IMG/VR virus record: IMGVR_UViG_3300017774_005870
Coordinates: 1 to 24,686 of that record
Length of the DNA: 24,686 nt
Reading direction: 5' to 3' (one strand)
Source of the DNA: a virus
Lineage: Duplodnaviria > Caudoviricetes
Every line of letters starts with the position of its first letter. Position 1 is the stretch's first letter. The notes beneath the pieces were generated by a model. It did not search any database, was not told where the DNA came from, and was given only the letters and a program-made list of their open reading frames with translations. Below are positions 1 to 6,706 of this stretch, in pieces. The translations under genes and the position numbers were made by a program.

Positions 1-267
1 CAGTTTCCGGTCGCCCTGCGGAGTGAAGCCCATCGTCAACACCCCCGTCACGCCATCGCAGGTGTCGATGTAGCGTTGCTCGTCAGGCTCGTTGAGGCGG
101 AAGAACACATAGCCGGGGATGATCGGGGAGGAGACCGGAACCTTACGGAGCTGGAGCTGCTTCCACCTGACCTTCTGGGGGTAGTAAGCTTCGATCCCGA
201 TGGTCAGGAGGTCATGGGTTGCGCCGGCCTCTTTGCCCGAGCGAACGACTGCGACGTGCCAGGTCAT
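1..267 (-). CDS. nusG: NusG/RfaH-family transcription antitermination protein, N-terminal part (runs off the window)
   Basis: Manual translation from ATG 267: MTWHVAVVRSGKEAGATHDLLTIGIEAYYPQKVRWKQLQLRKVPVSSPIIPGYVFFRL...DGVTGVL. NGN-domain motifs W-x-V...G-x-E, GIEAYxP, PGYVF and GVxG; SD AAGGAGG upstream; absent from the ORF track because it has no stop in the window. Confidence 0.85.
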   Translation of the reverse strand, partial: MTWHVAVVRSGKEAGATHDLLTIGIEAYYPQKVRWKQLQLRKVPVSSPIIPGYVFFRLNEPDEQRYIDTCDGVTGVLTMGFTPQGDRKL

Positions 268-437
268 GCAACCTCCTTGTCTGGTTGTCCCGAGTGGCCG
301 CCGTAGGCCTGCCAGCGGATGGTCATTCCCCTTGCCTCCTCCACCAGTGATTTGCACTGGTCAGAGGTCAGGAGGATGCCGAAGCGCTCTTTGAGCAGGC
401 CGCCTAGTTCGGCGAAGGCGTGGTTGGCTTCGATCAT
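264..437 (-). CDS. Hypothetical protein, 57 aa (MIEANHAFAELGG...DKEVA)
   Basis: Manual translation; ATGA overlaps at both ends (434-437 and 264-267). Confidence 0.65.
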   Translation of the reverse strand: MIEANHAFAELGGLLKERFGILLTSDQCKSLVEEARGMTIRWQAYGGHSGQPDKEVA

Positions 438-682
438 GCGGCGATTTCCCGAAGGTCGGCGCCCGCGTTAGATCCAGCCTCAGCGCAGTTAGGCGCCAAT
501 TCCCGAAGCAGGACGAGCCGATGATCCAGGGCGACCTTGGTTCGGAACACAGCCGACAGGTGGCCCATGAGCATCTCCGTGTTGTTGTCGTTGAGGGAGG
601 CGAGGACCGCGTGTTGTTCCAGCTTGCCGGTGAACAGGGCGATCTCGGAGCAGAGGGCTTTGATGGTGGCGGCGCGGGTCAT
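434..682 (-). CDS. Hypothetical protein, 82 aa (MTRAATIKALCSE...REIAA)
   Basis: 3' part of track ORF 434..973; ATG 682 overlaps the upstream stop (ATGA). Confidence 0.7.
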   Translation of the reverse strand: MTRAATIKALCSEIALFTGKLEQHAVLASLNDNNTEMLMGHLSAVFRTKVALDHRLVLLRELAPNCAEAGSNAGADLREIAA

Positions 683-1278
683 GCGGCGCCTGCCGGTTTC
701 GACCCGATGCCAGCCAGAAGCTCGGCGACCTGACGGCGGCGCGTCTCGGCGTCGGGCTTGCTGATCCGGCGCGGCTCCTGTGCGACAGCCAGCTTGGCGC
801 GATAGGCGGCGGTGTACTCTGGCAGGGTCTGCTTCAGCGCCAGTTCCCGCAGTTGGCCGGGGTTGGGCAGGAAGCGCTCGGGCGAGCGGACCCACGCCTT
901 CATGGCCGCTTCGATGTTGGCCAGCGGAAGGTCGGTCAGCGCGTCCCGATACCCGCGCCACCAGCTCGCCCACTCGTTCTCGGAACGCTCGGCCTGGGGG
1001 TAGTTGGCGAAGCGGTCGGTGATGACGCGGGCGATGCCCTCCATCGTGGCGGGCTGCATCGCCAAGTCCCGCGCCACGATCAGCGCCGGCAGGGCGGCCT
1101 TGACCTCGGCATGAAGCGCGGGGTTGGCGACGATGCCCTCCACCGCGTCAGCCGTCGTCGGCTCGTGCAAAAGCAACAGCCTCAAAGCCTGAGAGAGCGC
1201 GTCCGTAGTTTGCGTGACGCTCGATGATCTTTGCGGAAGGTGGTGCATGGCGTGGGTCCGGTTGAGGGCGGTGTTCAT
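679..1278 (-). CDS. Phage replication accessory protein (putative helicase-loader / P-position protein)
   Basis: Directly downstream of the initiator; motif W...Y.DAL.DLP...I..A...W.......P.P..LR is typical of genes in this position; start uncertain. Confidence 0.55.
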   Translation of the reverse strand: MNTALNRTHAMHHLPQRSSSVTQTTDALSQALRLLLLHEPTTADAVEGIVANPALHAEVKAALPALIVARDLAMQPATMEGIARVITDRFANYPQAERSENEWASWWRGYRDALTDLPLANIEAAMKAWVRSPERFLPNPGQLRELALKQTLPEYTAAYRAKLAVAQEPRRISKPDAETRRRQVAELLAGIGSKPAGAA

Positions 1279-1906
1279 CGTTCCAGCGGTCCTGATTGAG
1301 CCAGGTCGCCGGGTTGGGCACGATCCCGCGCCGCCATTTGTCGCTTTGCTCGTTCGCGGCCCTCACGCCTTCGAGGATCACCGCCTCAGCGTTTTGTGTT
1401 CCGATGCGCTTCAGGGCCTTCGAGTAGGCTAGGCGAGCGGCGCCCTTGCCGACCTTCTCGGGATACTCACGCCAGAACGCGTCGAACGCGCGTGTTGTGT
1501 TTGATGGTTCTTCTGACGGTTCAGATGACGGTTCAAACGTAGTGAGGGCGGAAACCATTTCCGGTACCCCCCGGAAACTGTTTCCGGTACCCCTGCTGTC
1601 AATTTCCGGGGGTGCGGAAATGGTTTCCGGTACCCCCCCTTCGAGGTGCCGGGTGATGATGTCGGTCGCCCGGCTTCCGTCCTGACGGTCCCGGCTGACG
1701 CGGGTGATGATGCCCCTGCCCTCCAGAGCAGCCAGCAAGGCGCGGACGGTGCGATCCGTGAGGCAGGTGTCTTCAGCCAGCCGCCGTTGCGAGGGCCAGC
1801 ACTTCATGCGCTCGTCCGCGTAGTTGGCGAGCGTGAGCAGCAGGAGCTTCTCGGAGGGAGAAACGCCGCGAAGCGCTAGAGCAAGGCTGATGGCCTGGAC
1901 GCTCAT
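1148..1906 (-). CDS. Phage replication initiator (lambda O analogue; N-terminal winged HTH)
   Basis: MSVQAISLAL...EKLLLLTLANYAD...CWPSQRRLAEDTCLTDRTVR..L..LE..G.I (HTH_36-like); C-terminal FDAFWREYP.KVGK..A...PNPATWLNQDRW; internal iterons; ATG 1906 coupled to the upstream stop. Confidence 0.88.
   Translation of the reverse strand: MSVQAISLALALRGVSPSEKLLLLTLANYADERMKCWPSQRRLAEDTCLTDRTVRALLAALEGRGIITRVSRDRQDGSRATDIITRHLEGGVPETISAPPEIDSRGTGNSFRGVPEMVSALTTFEPSSEPSEEPSNTTRAFDAFWREYPEKVGKGAARLAYSKALKRIGTQNAEAVILEGVRAANEQSDKWRRGIVPNPATWLNQDRWNDEHRPQPDPRHAPPSAKIIERHANYGRALSGFEAVAFARADDG
1549..1637. repeat. Iteron array, putative replication origin
   Basis: Three copies of CGGAAA-N3-TTTCCGGTACCCC (1549, 1572, 1615) plus a half copy; TTTCCGG at 1558, 1581, 1603 and 1624 (spacing 23/22/21 bp); located inside the initiator gene as in lambda ori. 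Confidence 0.8.
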
Positions 1907-2247
1907 GCGGCGGCCTTCTGAAGACCGACACGCCCGCCGCGCCGGTTGTCGTAGGGCTCGCCGATCATGTCGCCATGACGGACCAGGGCGTGCCAGACGG
2001 TCGTGTGGTCGCGTCCGTAGAACTGCCCGATCCTCATCAGCGAAAAGCGCGGCGTGCCGTCCTCCCGCGTTTCCATGGCCATACGCCACATCGCCTCGTT
2101 ACGGGCGCGCACCACGGCAGCGGTTTTCAGGGGCGTGCGAAGGCCGCCGGGCTTGAAGCCGTGACTTGCGGCCACGTCGGCGTTGATCTCGACCATGGAT
2201 GGCTTGGGTTTCAGATCGCCGTGCCAGAGGGCTTTGACGGTGTTCAT
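1903..2247 (-). CDS. DnaA C-terminal (domain IV)-like HTH protein
   Basis: V.AR..AMW....RFSLMRIGQFYGRDHTTVWHA matches the DnaA domain IV signature SL..IG..FG.RDHTTV.HA. Confidence 0.85.
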   Translation of the reverse strand: MNTVKALWHGDLKPKPSMVEINADVAASHGFKPGGLRTPLKTAAVVRARNEAMWRMAMETREDGTPRFSLMRIGQFYGRDHTTVWHALVRHGDMIGEPYDNRRGGRVGLQKAAA

Positions 2248-2717
2248 GCCGCCCTCCGTTCATGGGAGACCATGCCGCGCCAGTCGAAGGTGAAGACGCA
2301 GCCGTCGATCACCTCACGGTGGATGAAACCGCCTTGGGCGATGCAGGCTTCGACGTAGTCGTCGTCGCGGGCCTCGAAGCCCTCCAGCGCGTTCTGTTGG
2401 GCCTTGTAGTCGCTGCCGTTGCACAACAGGAGGTAGCGCTCCCGAACCTGCCCGCCGGTCAGGCCAAGGCCGATGCCGATGTCAATGAACCTGTGATTTG
2501 CCCTGCGGAGCGAAACGATCTGGGCGTCTTCCTCCGGGGTGTAGCGGTGATACGACCCGCGCCGGGCCATGCCGGCGGGGCGGATCTTCGATAGCCGGGC
2601 GCAGACGCTCTTTTCCGTCCGACCGATGATCTCGCCGATGGCCTGGTTGGTCATGCCCTCCGACACCAGCCGCAGGACGGTGTCGTCGTCTTTGGGTGAA
2701 TACGGTCCCTGTCTCAT
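2244..2717 (-). CDS. Tandem Myb/GcrA-like HTH DNA-binding protein
   Basis: Two units: YSPKDDDTVLRLVSEGMTNQAIGEIIGRTEKSVCARL and YTPEEDAQIVSLRRANHRFIDIGIGLGLTGGQVRERY. Confidence 0.65.
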   Translation of the reverse strand: MRQGPYSPKDDDTVLRLVSEGMTNQAIGEIIGRTEKSVCARLSKIRPAGMARRGSYHRYTPEEDAQIVSLRRANHRFIDIGIGLGLTGGQVRERYLLLCNGSDYKAQQNALEGFEARDDDYVEACIAQGGFIHREVIDGCVFTFDWRGMVSHERRAA

Positions 2718-3217
2718 TGGTTTTCCCCTTGGATTGAGGCGGCATTGGCCGACCCCATAAGATGAAGGTAGGCTTCGTCCGAGAGGACGTGCATGGGCGG
2801 CTGGCGGTCTTGCTTGATGGTCAGGACATCACAGCCCTGCATCCACTCTTTGATGACCTTAAAGCCGCTGTCGTCTGCTCTGGACTTACATTCAATTCTC
2901 AGGGTGACGCCCGCGATCTGCACGGAAAGGTCGCCCTGAAGGAAGGTCACATCGTTCCGCGTCCCGTAGGCGCCAGAGCCCGGCTGAAGCACCACGCGGG
3001 TCACCCCGAGGGCCTCCAGAGCCTTCCGGCTTGCGACCTCCAGCCGACGCCCCTTCTTGGCGGTGTTGAGGCGGCCCTTGACCTTGGGAGCAGGCGGCGG
3101 GGTGCAGGCGCACACCTCCCGACGTTCACGGCTCTTGCCGACCCACCGGGTGTTCTCGCCGCAGGTTCCGCAAATGGTGGGAAAGCGCGTCTCTCCGACG
3201 CCGGCAACGTCGCTCAT
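2714..3217 (-). CDS. Hjc-type PD-(D/E)XK Holliday junction resolvase / nuclease with N-terminal Cys motif
   Basis: KKGRRLE...PGSGA...GDL...IECKSR; N-terminal CGTC...CAC. Confidence 0.75.
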   Translation of the reverse strand: MSDVAGVGETRFPTICGTCGENTRWVGKSRERREVCACTPPPAPKVKGRLNTAKKGRRLEVASRKALEALGVTRVVLQPGSGAYGTRNDVTFLQGDLSVQIAGVTLRIECKSRADDSGFKVIKEWMQGCDVLTIKQDRQPPMHVLSDEAYLHLMGSANAASIQGENQ

Positions 3218-3324
3218 AGCGAGCTGTCCGTGGCTTCGTTGTCAGCCATCCAGTTGATGACAAAGCCGCCAACCTTGAGGATGACCACGGCGCCCACGAC
3301 GAGGAAGATGGCCAGGCCGATCAT
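3214..3324 (-). CDS. Small membrane protein, 36 aa (MIGLAIFLVVGAVVILKVGGFVINWMADNEATDSSL)
   Basis: Manual translation; ATGA coupling at both ends; hydrophobic N-terminus. Confidence 0.55.
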   Translation of the reverse strand: MIGLAIFLVVGAVVILKVGGFVINWMADNEATDSSL

Positions 3325-3485
3325 GCTTCACCGCGCAGGGCTGCATGAACGAGCGACCGTTTAGCCGCGAGAAGATGCTTCACCGGCTGGTGATGGCGGC
3401 GGGCGTCTTCGATCTGGCGGTCGATGGGGCGGGTGAAGCGACGGCAGCGCCACGCGGCGTAAGCTTGTCGGATGCGCGGTATCAT
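3321..3485 (-). CDS. Hypothetical protein, 54 aa (MIPRIRQAYAAWRCRRF...ALRGEA)
   Basis: Manual translation; SD GGGAGGGG; ATGA coupling. Confidence 0.6.
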   Translation of the reverse strand: MIPRIRQAYAAWRCRRFTRPIDRQIEDARRHHQPVKHLLAAKRSLVHAALRGEA

Positions 3486-3667
3486 AGTCCCCTCCCCTTC
3501 CGCGCCAGACGCGCGATTGCGATTGAAGTCAGGCGCTCACCGGCGCCGCCGATCCCGAGCCCCAAGGTCGTCAGCAGGTCGCCGATCCCCCAGAGCGTCA
3601 GGGTCCAGGGACTGCGAAGCCATCGCTTCACGGCGCGTCCGAAGCTGAACAAGTTTCTGGCTGGCAT
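3482..3667 (-). CDS. Hypothetical protein, 61 aa, overlapping the 3' end of the CII-like gene
   Basis: SD-like GAGAGGG upstream; stop coupled (ATGA) to the next gene. Confidence 0.45.
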   Translation of the reverse strand: MPARNLFSFGRAVKRWLRSPWTLTLWGIGDLLTTLGLGIGGAGERLTSIAIARLARKGRGL

Positions 3668-3980
3668 CCGCCGCCCTCTCGATGATCTGTTGAAGTTGGC
3701 GTTCCTCGAACTGCGAGTAGGTCTCGCCAGTGAGGGCCGCGCCGAGGCAGGCCAGCAGGCTCCACCCTTCGGCCTTGATGGCTTTCGTCAGGGTCCGCTC
3801 GCTGGCGTGGCCCTTGACGACGTTCGCCGCTGTGGAGGCGTCGATGCCCCAAGCGCGCGCGATGTGTTTGGCAGTGTCGCGGGGGTACTTCTGCCGAGCG
3901 AGATCGGCCAAGGCCTCCCCCATGCTCAGGTCGAAGAGTTGCCGACGTAGGGGCACGAAAGCCTCCGTGAGATGCGTCAT
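3537..3980 (-). CDS. CII-like HTH transcriptional regulator
   Basis: Position downstream of cro; HTH TAKHIARAWGIDASTAANVVKG followed by a helical / coiled-coil C-terminus. Confidence 0.65.
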   Translation of the reverse strand: MTHLTEAFVPLRRQLFDLSMGEALADLARQKYPRDTAKHIARAWGIDASTAANVVKGHASERTLTKAIKAEGWSLLACLGAALTGETYSQFEERQLQQIIERAADASQKLVQLRTRREAMASQSLDPDALGDRRPADDLGARDRRRR

Positions 3981-4024
3981 GGTTGGGACGCTCCCACTGA
4001 GGGGGTGTTGCTAAGGGCAGACAG

Positions 4025-4204
4025 ATGCAGGCGGCAGACCGTGATTTTACCTACGGGCTCCGTTTGCTTCTGGCGGCTCGCCGGATTGAGACTTGCGAAG
4101 ACGACTACGCTCGGGAGCGCCTGCAAGCGCTGGCCGAGGTCTACAGAGAACGCGGAACACGCATGGCGTGCGGGGCTGCAACCCCCGCGCTGCACTCGTT
4201 TTAG
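4025..4204 (+). CDS. Hypothetical protein, 59 aa, antisense to the PR operon (MQAADRDFTYGLRLLLAARRIETCEDDYARERLQALAEVYRERG...)
   Basis: Manual translation; amphipathic helical, protein-like composition; AAGGG upstream; below the ORF track cutoff. Confidence 0.5.
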   Translation: MQAADRDFTYGLRLLLAARRIETCEDDYARERLQALAEVYRERGTRMACGAATPALHSF

Positions 4205-4301
4205 CGCGGCAGATTGTCGCGAAAAGTAACCATAAATATCCCGCCCAAAATGAGCCGCCGTGTGGTTCCCTTCTCTCAGGGGGCGAACACGGAGGGGGCA
4301 A

Positions 4302-4565
4302 ATGCTACCGACACCGACAGCAGAGATGATGCTTCTGCTTGGCCTTTTGGCCGCGCTGACAGCCGAAAACCCGGACAAGTGCAGCAAGCTTTCCCACGCC
4401 TTATTGGACCGGCTCGGGCCGAGAGAGCCCCGCCGAGTGCGCGAATTGCGCGAGGTCATGCCCGCCATGACAGAAGCCAAGCGAGGCGCTGCCGTGGTGA
4501 TGCAGACCCGCTGTGTGGTCTGTCCGTGCCGGCAGTCGTGCAAGGCCCCCGTCGTCATCGACTAG
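4302..4565 (+). CDS. Hypothetical protein, 87 aa, with C-terminal CxxCPCxxxC, antisense to the PR operon
   Basis: Strong SD GGAGGGGG before ATG 4302; stop shares CTAG with cro. Confidence 0.6.
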   Translation: MLPTPTAEMMLLLGLLAALTAENPDKCSKLSHALLDRLGPREPRRVRELREVMPAMTEAKRGAAVVMQTRCVVCPCRQSCKAPVVID

Positions 4566-4759
4566 GCCGCCCGCTTCGCGAGGTAGACCTTTTCCAGCTT
4601 CTCAACCGTCAGAGCCGGAAACGCCCGGCTCATCTGCGGCCAGTACTTCGGCGGGATGTTGTTGCGGGTCTTCCACTGCTTGACGGCGTTGGGCACCAGG
4701 CCGAGCTTGTCGGCTATGGTCTTGATGCCCTTGTCGGCGATGATCTCAGAAGGGGTCAT
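4562..4759 (-). CDS. cro: Cro-like repressor
   Basis: MTPSEIIADKGIKTIADKLGLVPNAVKQWKTRNNIPPKYW (Cro/YdaS-type HTH, W..R..IP..YW); divergent from cI. Confidence 0.88.
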   Translation of the reverse strand: MTPSEIIADKGIKTIADKLGLVPNAVKQWKTRNNIPPKYWPQMSRAFPALTVEKLEKVYLAKRAA

Positions 4760-4766
4760 GTCGGTT

Positions 4767-4795
4767 ACGATACTCAAAGTATCGCGTCATCGCAA
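4767..4795 (-). promoter_or_regulatory. PR-like promoter (-35 TTGCGA, 17 bp, -10 TATCGT), likely leaderless cro mRNA
   Basis: Boxes at 4795-4790 and 4772-4767; ATG 7 nt after the -10; overlapped by OR1. Confidence 0.65.
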
Positions 4796-4841
4796 GCGCA
4801 AATTACGACCTGTATCGCCGGTTTCGATACGCTCTGAAACA
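4768..4841. promoter_or_regulatory. OR operators (4768-4784, 4801-4817, 4825-4841) and PRM-like promoter (-10 TACGCT 4828-4833)
   Basis: CGATAC-TCAAA-GTATCG (perfect), AATTAC-GACCT-GTATCG and CGATAC-GCTCT-GAAACA between divergent cro and cI. Confidence 0.8.
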
Positions 4842-5224
4842 TGATCCAGTGGGAAGACCTGCGAGAGCCTTGGGAGCGCCTGCGATGGGCGCGGGCTCGG
4901 GCTGGATTTGAGCGGGCCAAGGATGCAGCCGACAGTCTGGGCATGAACCCCGTCACCTATCGCTCCTATGAGCGGAGGCCGGATCAGGCCGGGGCGCGGA
5001 TGTTCGACCACCAGGCCGCCGCGCGTCTGGGCAAGAAGTTCAAATGCTCTTGGAACTGGCTACTGACCGGCGAGGGCTCGCCAGATGACGCCATGTCGCC
5101 CACGATGCGCGTTGCCGAGCAAATGGCCGAGCGCATAGACCAGATAGAAGAAGGACCGCAGCGCGAGGCGGCGGTCCAGCTCATATGGTCGGTTCTGGAA
5201 AACTACAGCAAGAAGGCTGGCTAG
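4841..5224 (+). CDS. cI: CI-like XRE-family repressor, short, no S24 peptidase domain
   Basis: ERLRWARARAGF..AKDAADSLGMNPVTYRSYE...WNWLLTGEG; divergent from cro; flanked by operators. Confidence 0.88.
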   Translation: MIQWEDLREPWERLRWARARAGFERAKDAADSLGMNPVTYRSYERRPDQAGARMFDHQAAARLGKKFKCSWNWLLTGEGSPDDAMSPTMRVAEQMAERIDQIEEGPQREAAVQLIWSVLENYSKKAG

Positions 5225-5502
5225 TACTTCGGGGCCTTGTAGGGCTTGAAGGCCGAGCTGGGGGCCTTCGGAGGCTTCGGCGGCTTGTAGGTGTAGTCCG
5301 GCGCGACCGTTCCCGCCTTCCCCGTGTAGGGGTTCACGTTCGGCTTCGTTGAATAGTTATCGACGTTCGTGTCGTTGGGCGCCGTCCGAGTGTGCGGCGG
5401 GACGTAAACCCCATCCTTCCTGATATGGCCTTGCACCTGTACCTGGGCCATCGCCGGCAGCGCCAGCGCCGCCAGAGCAACCCCTAGAATCACAATCCGC
5501 AT
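5221..5502 (-). CDS. Small exported protein in the immunity region (signal peptide; V.G..RKDG.YV.PH.RT.PN....DNYST..N.NPYTG..GT motif)
   Basis: MRIVILGVALAALALPAMA with A-M-A cleavage site; SD GAGGAGGG; Pro/Lys-rich tail. Confidence 0.85.
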   Translation of the reverse strand: MRIVILGVALAALALPAMAQVQVQGHIRKDGVYVPPHTRTAPNDTNVDNYSTKPNVNPYTGKAGTVAPDYTYKPPKPPKAPSSAFKPYKAPKY

Positions 5503-5530
5503 TTGTCCCTCCTCGCCCTTGCGATCAGGG

Positions 5531-5597
5531 AGCGTGCGACTTTGTGCGATACGTTGTGTAACTTTCCACTTGCATGGCGCGATACGTCGTGTATCGT
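5531..5597. promoter_or_regulatory. OL operators (5547-5563, 5580-5596), PL-like promoter (+; TTGCAT-16-TATCGT) and a divergent PRM-like promoter (-; -10 CACGCT at 5536-5531)
   Basis: CGATAC-GTTGT-GTAACT and CGATAC-GTCGT-GTATCG (perfect); same consensus and same 33-bp spacing as OR1/OR2. Confidence 0.8.
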
Positions 5598-5624
5598 GTT
5601 CTCAACACCAGAGGACACGCACCC

Positions 5625-5825
5625 ATGGCCACCACCGCCCACACCAACGAAGTTCTTGCCGACGCTTTCACCAGCTTTGCGCGCTGCAACTTCGACGCCG
5701 ATCCCGTCGCCTTCGTCCGCGCTGAGAGCCGCCTGCTGGACGCCGCTATTGGCGCTGGCATGGACTACGACGAGCCCGACCTGACGGAATGGGCCGCTGC
5801 CCGCGTTCAGAAGTGGTGGGCGTAA
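5625..5825 (+). CDS. Hypothetical protein, first gene of the PL operon (66 aa)
   Basis: SD GAGGA before ATG 5625; TAATG coupling to the next gene. Confidence 0.75.
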   Translation: MATTAHTNEVLADAFTSFARCNFDADPVAFVRAESRLLDAAIGAGMDYDEPDLTEWAAARVQKWWA

Positions 5826-6115
5826 TGAGCCGCGCCAAGATCAGCTTCGAAATCGAAGTCACCTGTGAGGTCGATAGCGACGGACACGCCATCGTCCAGC
5901 GCATCGACGCCGTCACCGGCTATCGCGACCGCCAGTGGCTGACGACCCTTCTCGCCACCGAGCCGCAGATCAGCGCCGAACTCGACGCCGCCATCTGCAA
6001 GGCCTTCGCTGACCAGATCGCGGACGCTGCGGCTGAGGAAGACACCGAAGCCGCCGACCGTGCGGACGAAGCGCGCGAACAACGCCGCGACGACGAACTG
6101 ATGGGGGTGCTGTGA
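5825..6115 (+). CDS. Hypothetical acidic protein (96 aa)
   Basis: Coupled start; GC3-rich codon usage; acidic tail. Confidence 0.75.
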   Translation: MSRAKISFEIEVTCEVDSDGHAIVQRIDAVTGYRDRQWLTTLLATEPQISAELDAAICKAFADQIADAAAEEDTEAADRADEAREQRRDDELMGVL

Positions 6116-6336
6116 TGAACGGCACCCTCGCCCAGTACGACGACCTCTGCCAAGCCCTTGAGGCTTACGAGGCCGCGCCCTGCCCCTCGCAAGGATGGAA
6201 GCCCCGCTTCGGTCGCCTCGTTCTCTGCGCCTTTCGCTGTGGAAAGCCTGATGGGGTTGCGACCCTGCCTTGGGCTCAACAGCGGGTCGCCACCTACACC
6301 AACCCCGTCAGCTTTTCGATCAGGAGGGCGGCATGA
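6112..6336 (+). CDS. Hypothetical protein (74 aa)
   Basis: GTGA/ATGA coupling at both ends. Confidence 0.6.
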   Translation: MMNGTLAQYDDLCQALEAYEAAPCPSQGWKPRFGRLVLCAFRCGKPDGVATLPWAQQRVATYTNPVSFSIRRAA

Positions 6337-6482
6337 CCGACCGCGAACAACTCACCTGGCCTCCCCGTGCGCCGATTTCGTTCGTCCGCCCCCGGCGTCA
6401 CCGCTGGACCATCTGGCACAGCATAGCAGCTTGGGCCGGGTTCTGGCTCATTGTTGGCCTGTACCTGGGGGTGGCGCTGTGA
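6333..6482 (+). CDS. Small membrane protein (49 aa)
   Basis: SD AGGAGG; C-terminal hydrophobic helix IAAWAGFWLIVGLYLGVAL. Confidence 0.65.
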   Translation: MTDREQLTWPPRAPISFVRPRRHRWTIWHSIAAWAGFWLIVGLYLGVAL

Positions 6483-6706
6483 GCGGGCGCGACGTTCGCG
6501 AGCGGCTCTACGACGGGACGATGCTGATGTTCAGCGACCTCCCGTGGGCGCGGAACAGCCTTGAAGGCCATCGCCGCCTGCAAGCCGCCCGCGATCCGCT
6601 CATCGCCGAAAGCTACCGCAACCGCGCCGACCGTCTGGAGCGCGCGATCCAGGCCACTGAGGCCGACCTAAAAGACCTTGAGAGGGAACTAGCCAATGTT
6701 CACTGA
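6479..6706 (+). CDS. Hypothetical coiled-coil protein (75 aa)
   Basis: GTG 6479 overlaps the upstream stop; heptad C-terminus. Confidence 0.65.
   Translation: MSGRDVRERLYDGTMLMFSDLPWARNSLEGHRRLQAARDPLIAESYRNRADRLERAIQATEADLKDLERELANVH

Noticed and set aside
1503-1536. Short repeats GA(C/T)GGTTC next to the iterons
   Set aside because: Explained by the EPS-x-EPS linker peptide common in phage initiators; a role in the origin cannot be shown
1907-2089. N-terminal extension of the initiator in track ORF 1148..2089
   Set aside because: Overlaps the DnaA-C-like gene and is low-complexity Arg-rich; ATG 1906 is coupled and begins the recognisable domain
3977-4558. 193-aa minus-strand ORF spanning the cro-cII gap
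   Set aside because: No recognisable motif and Ser/Arg-rich shadow-like composition; the two plus-strand ORFs have better SD signals and composition, although it is not strictly excluded
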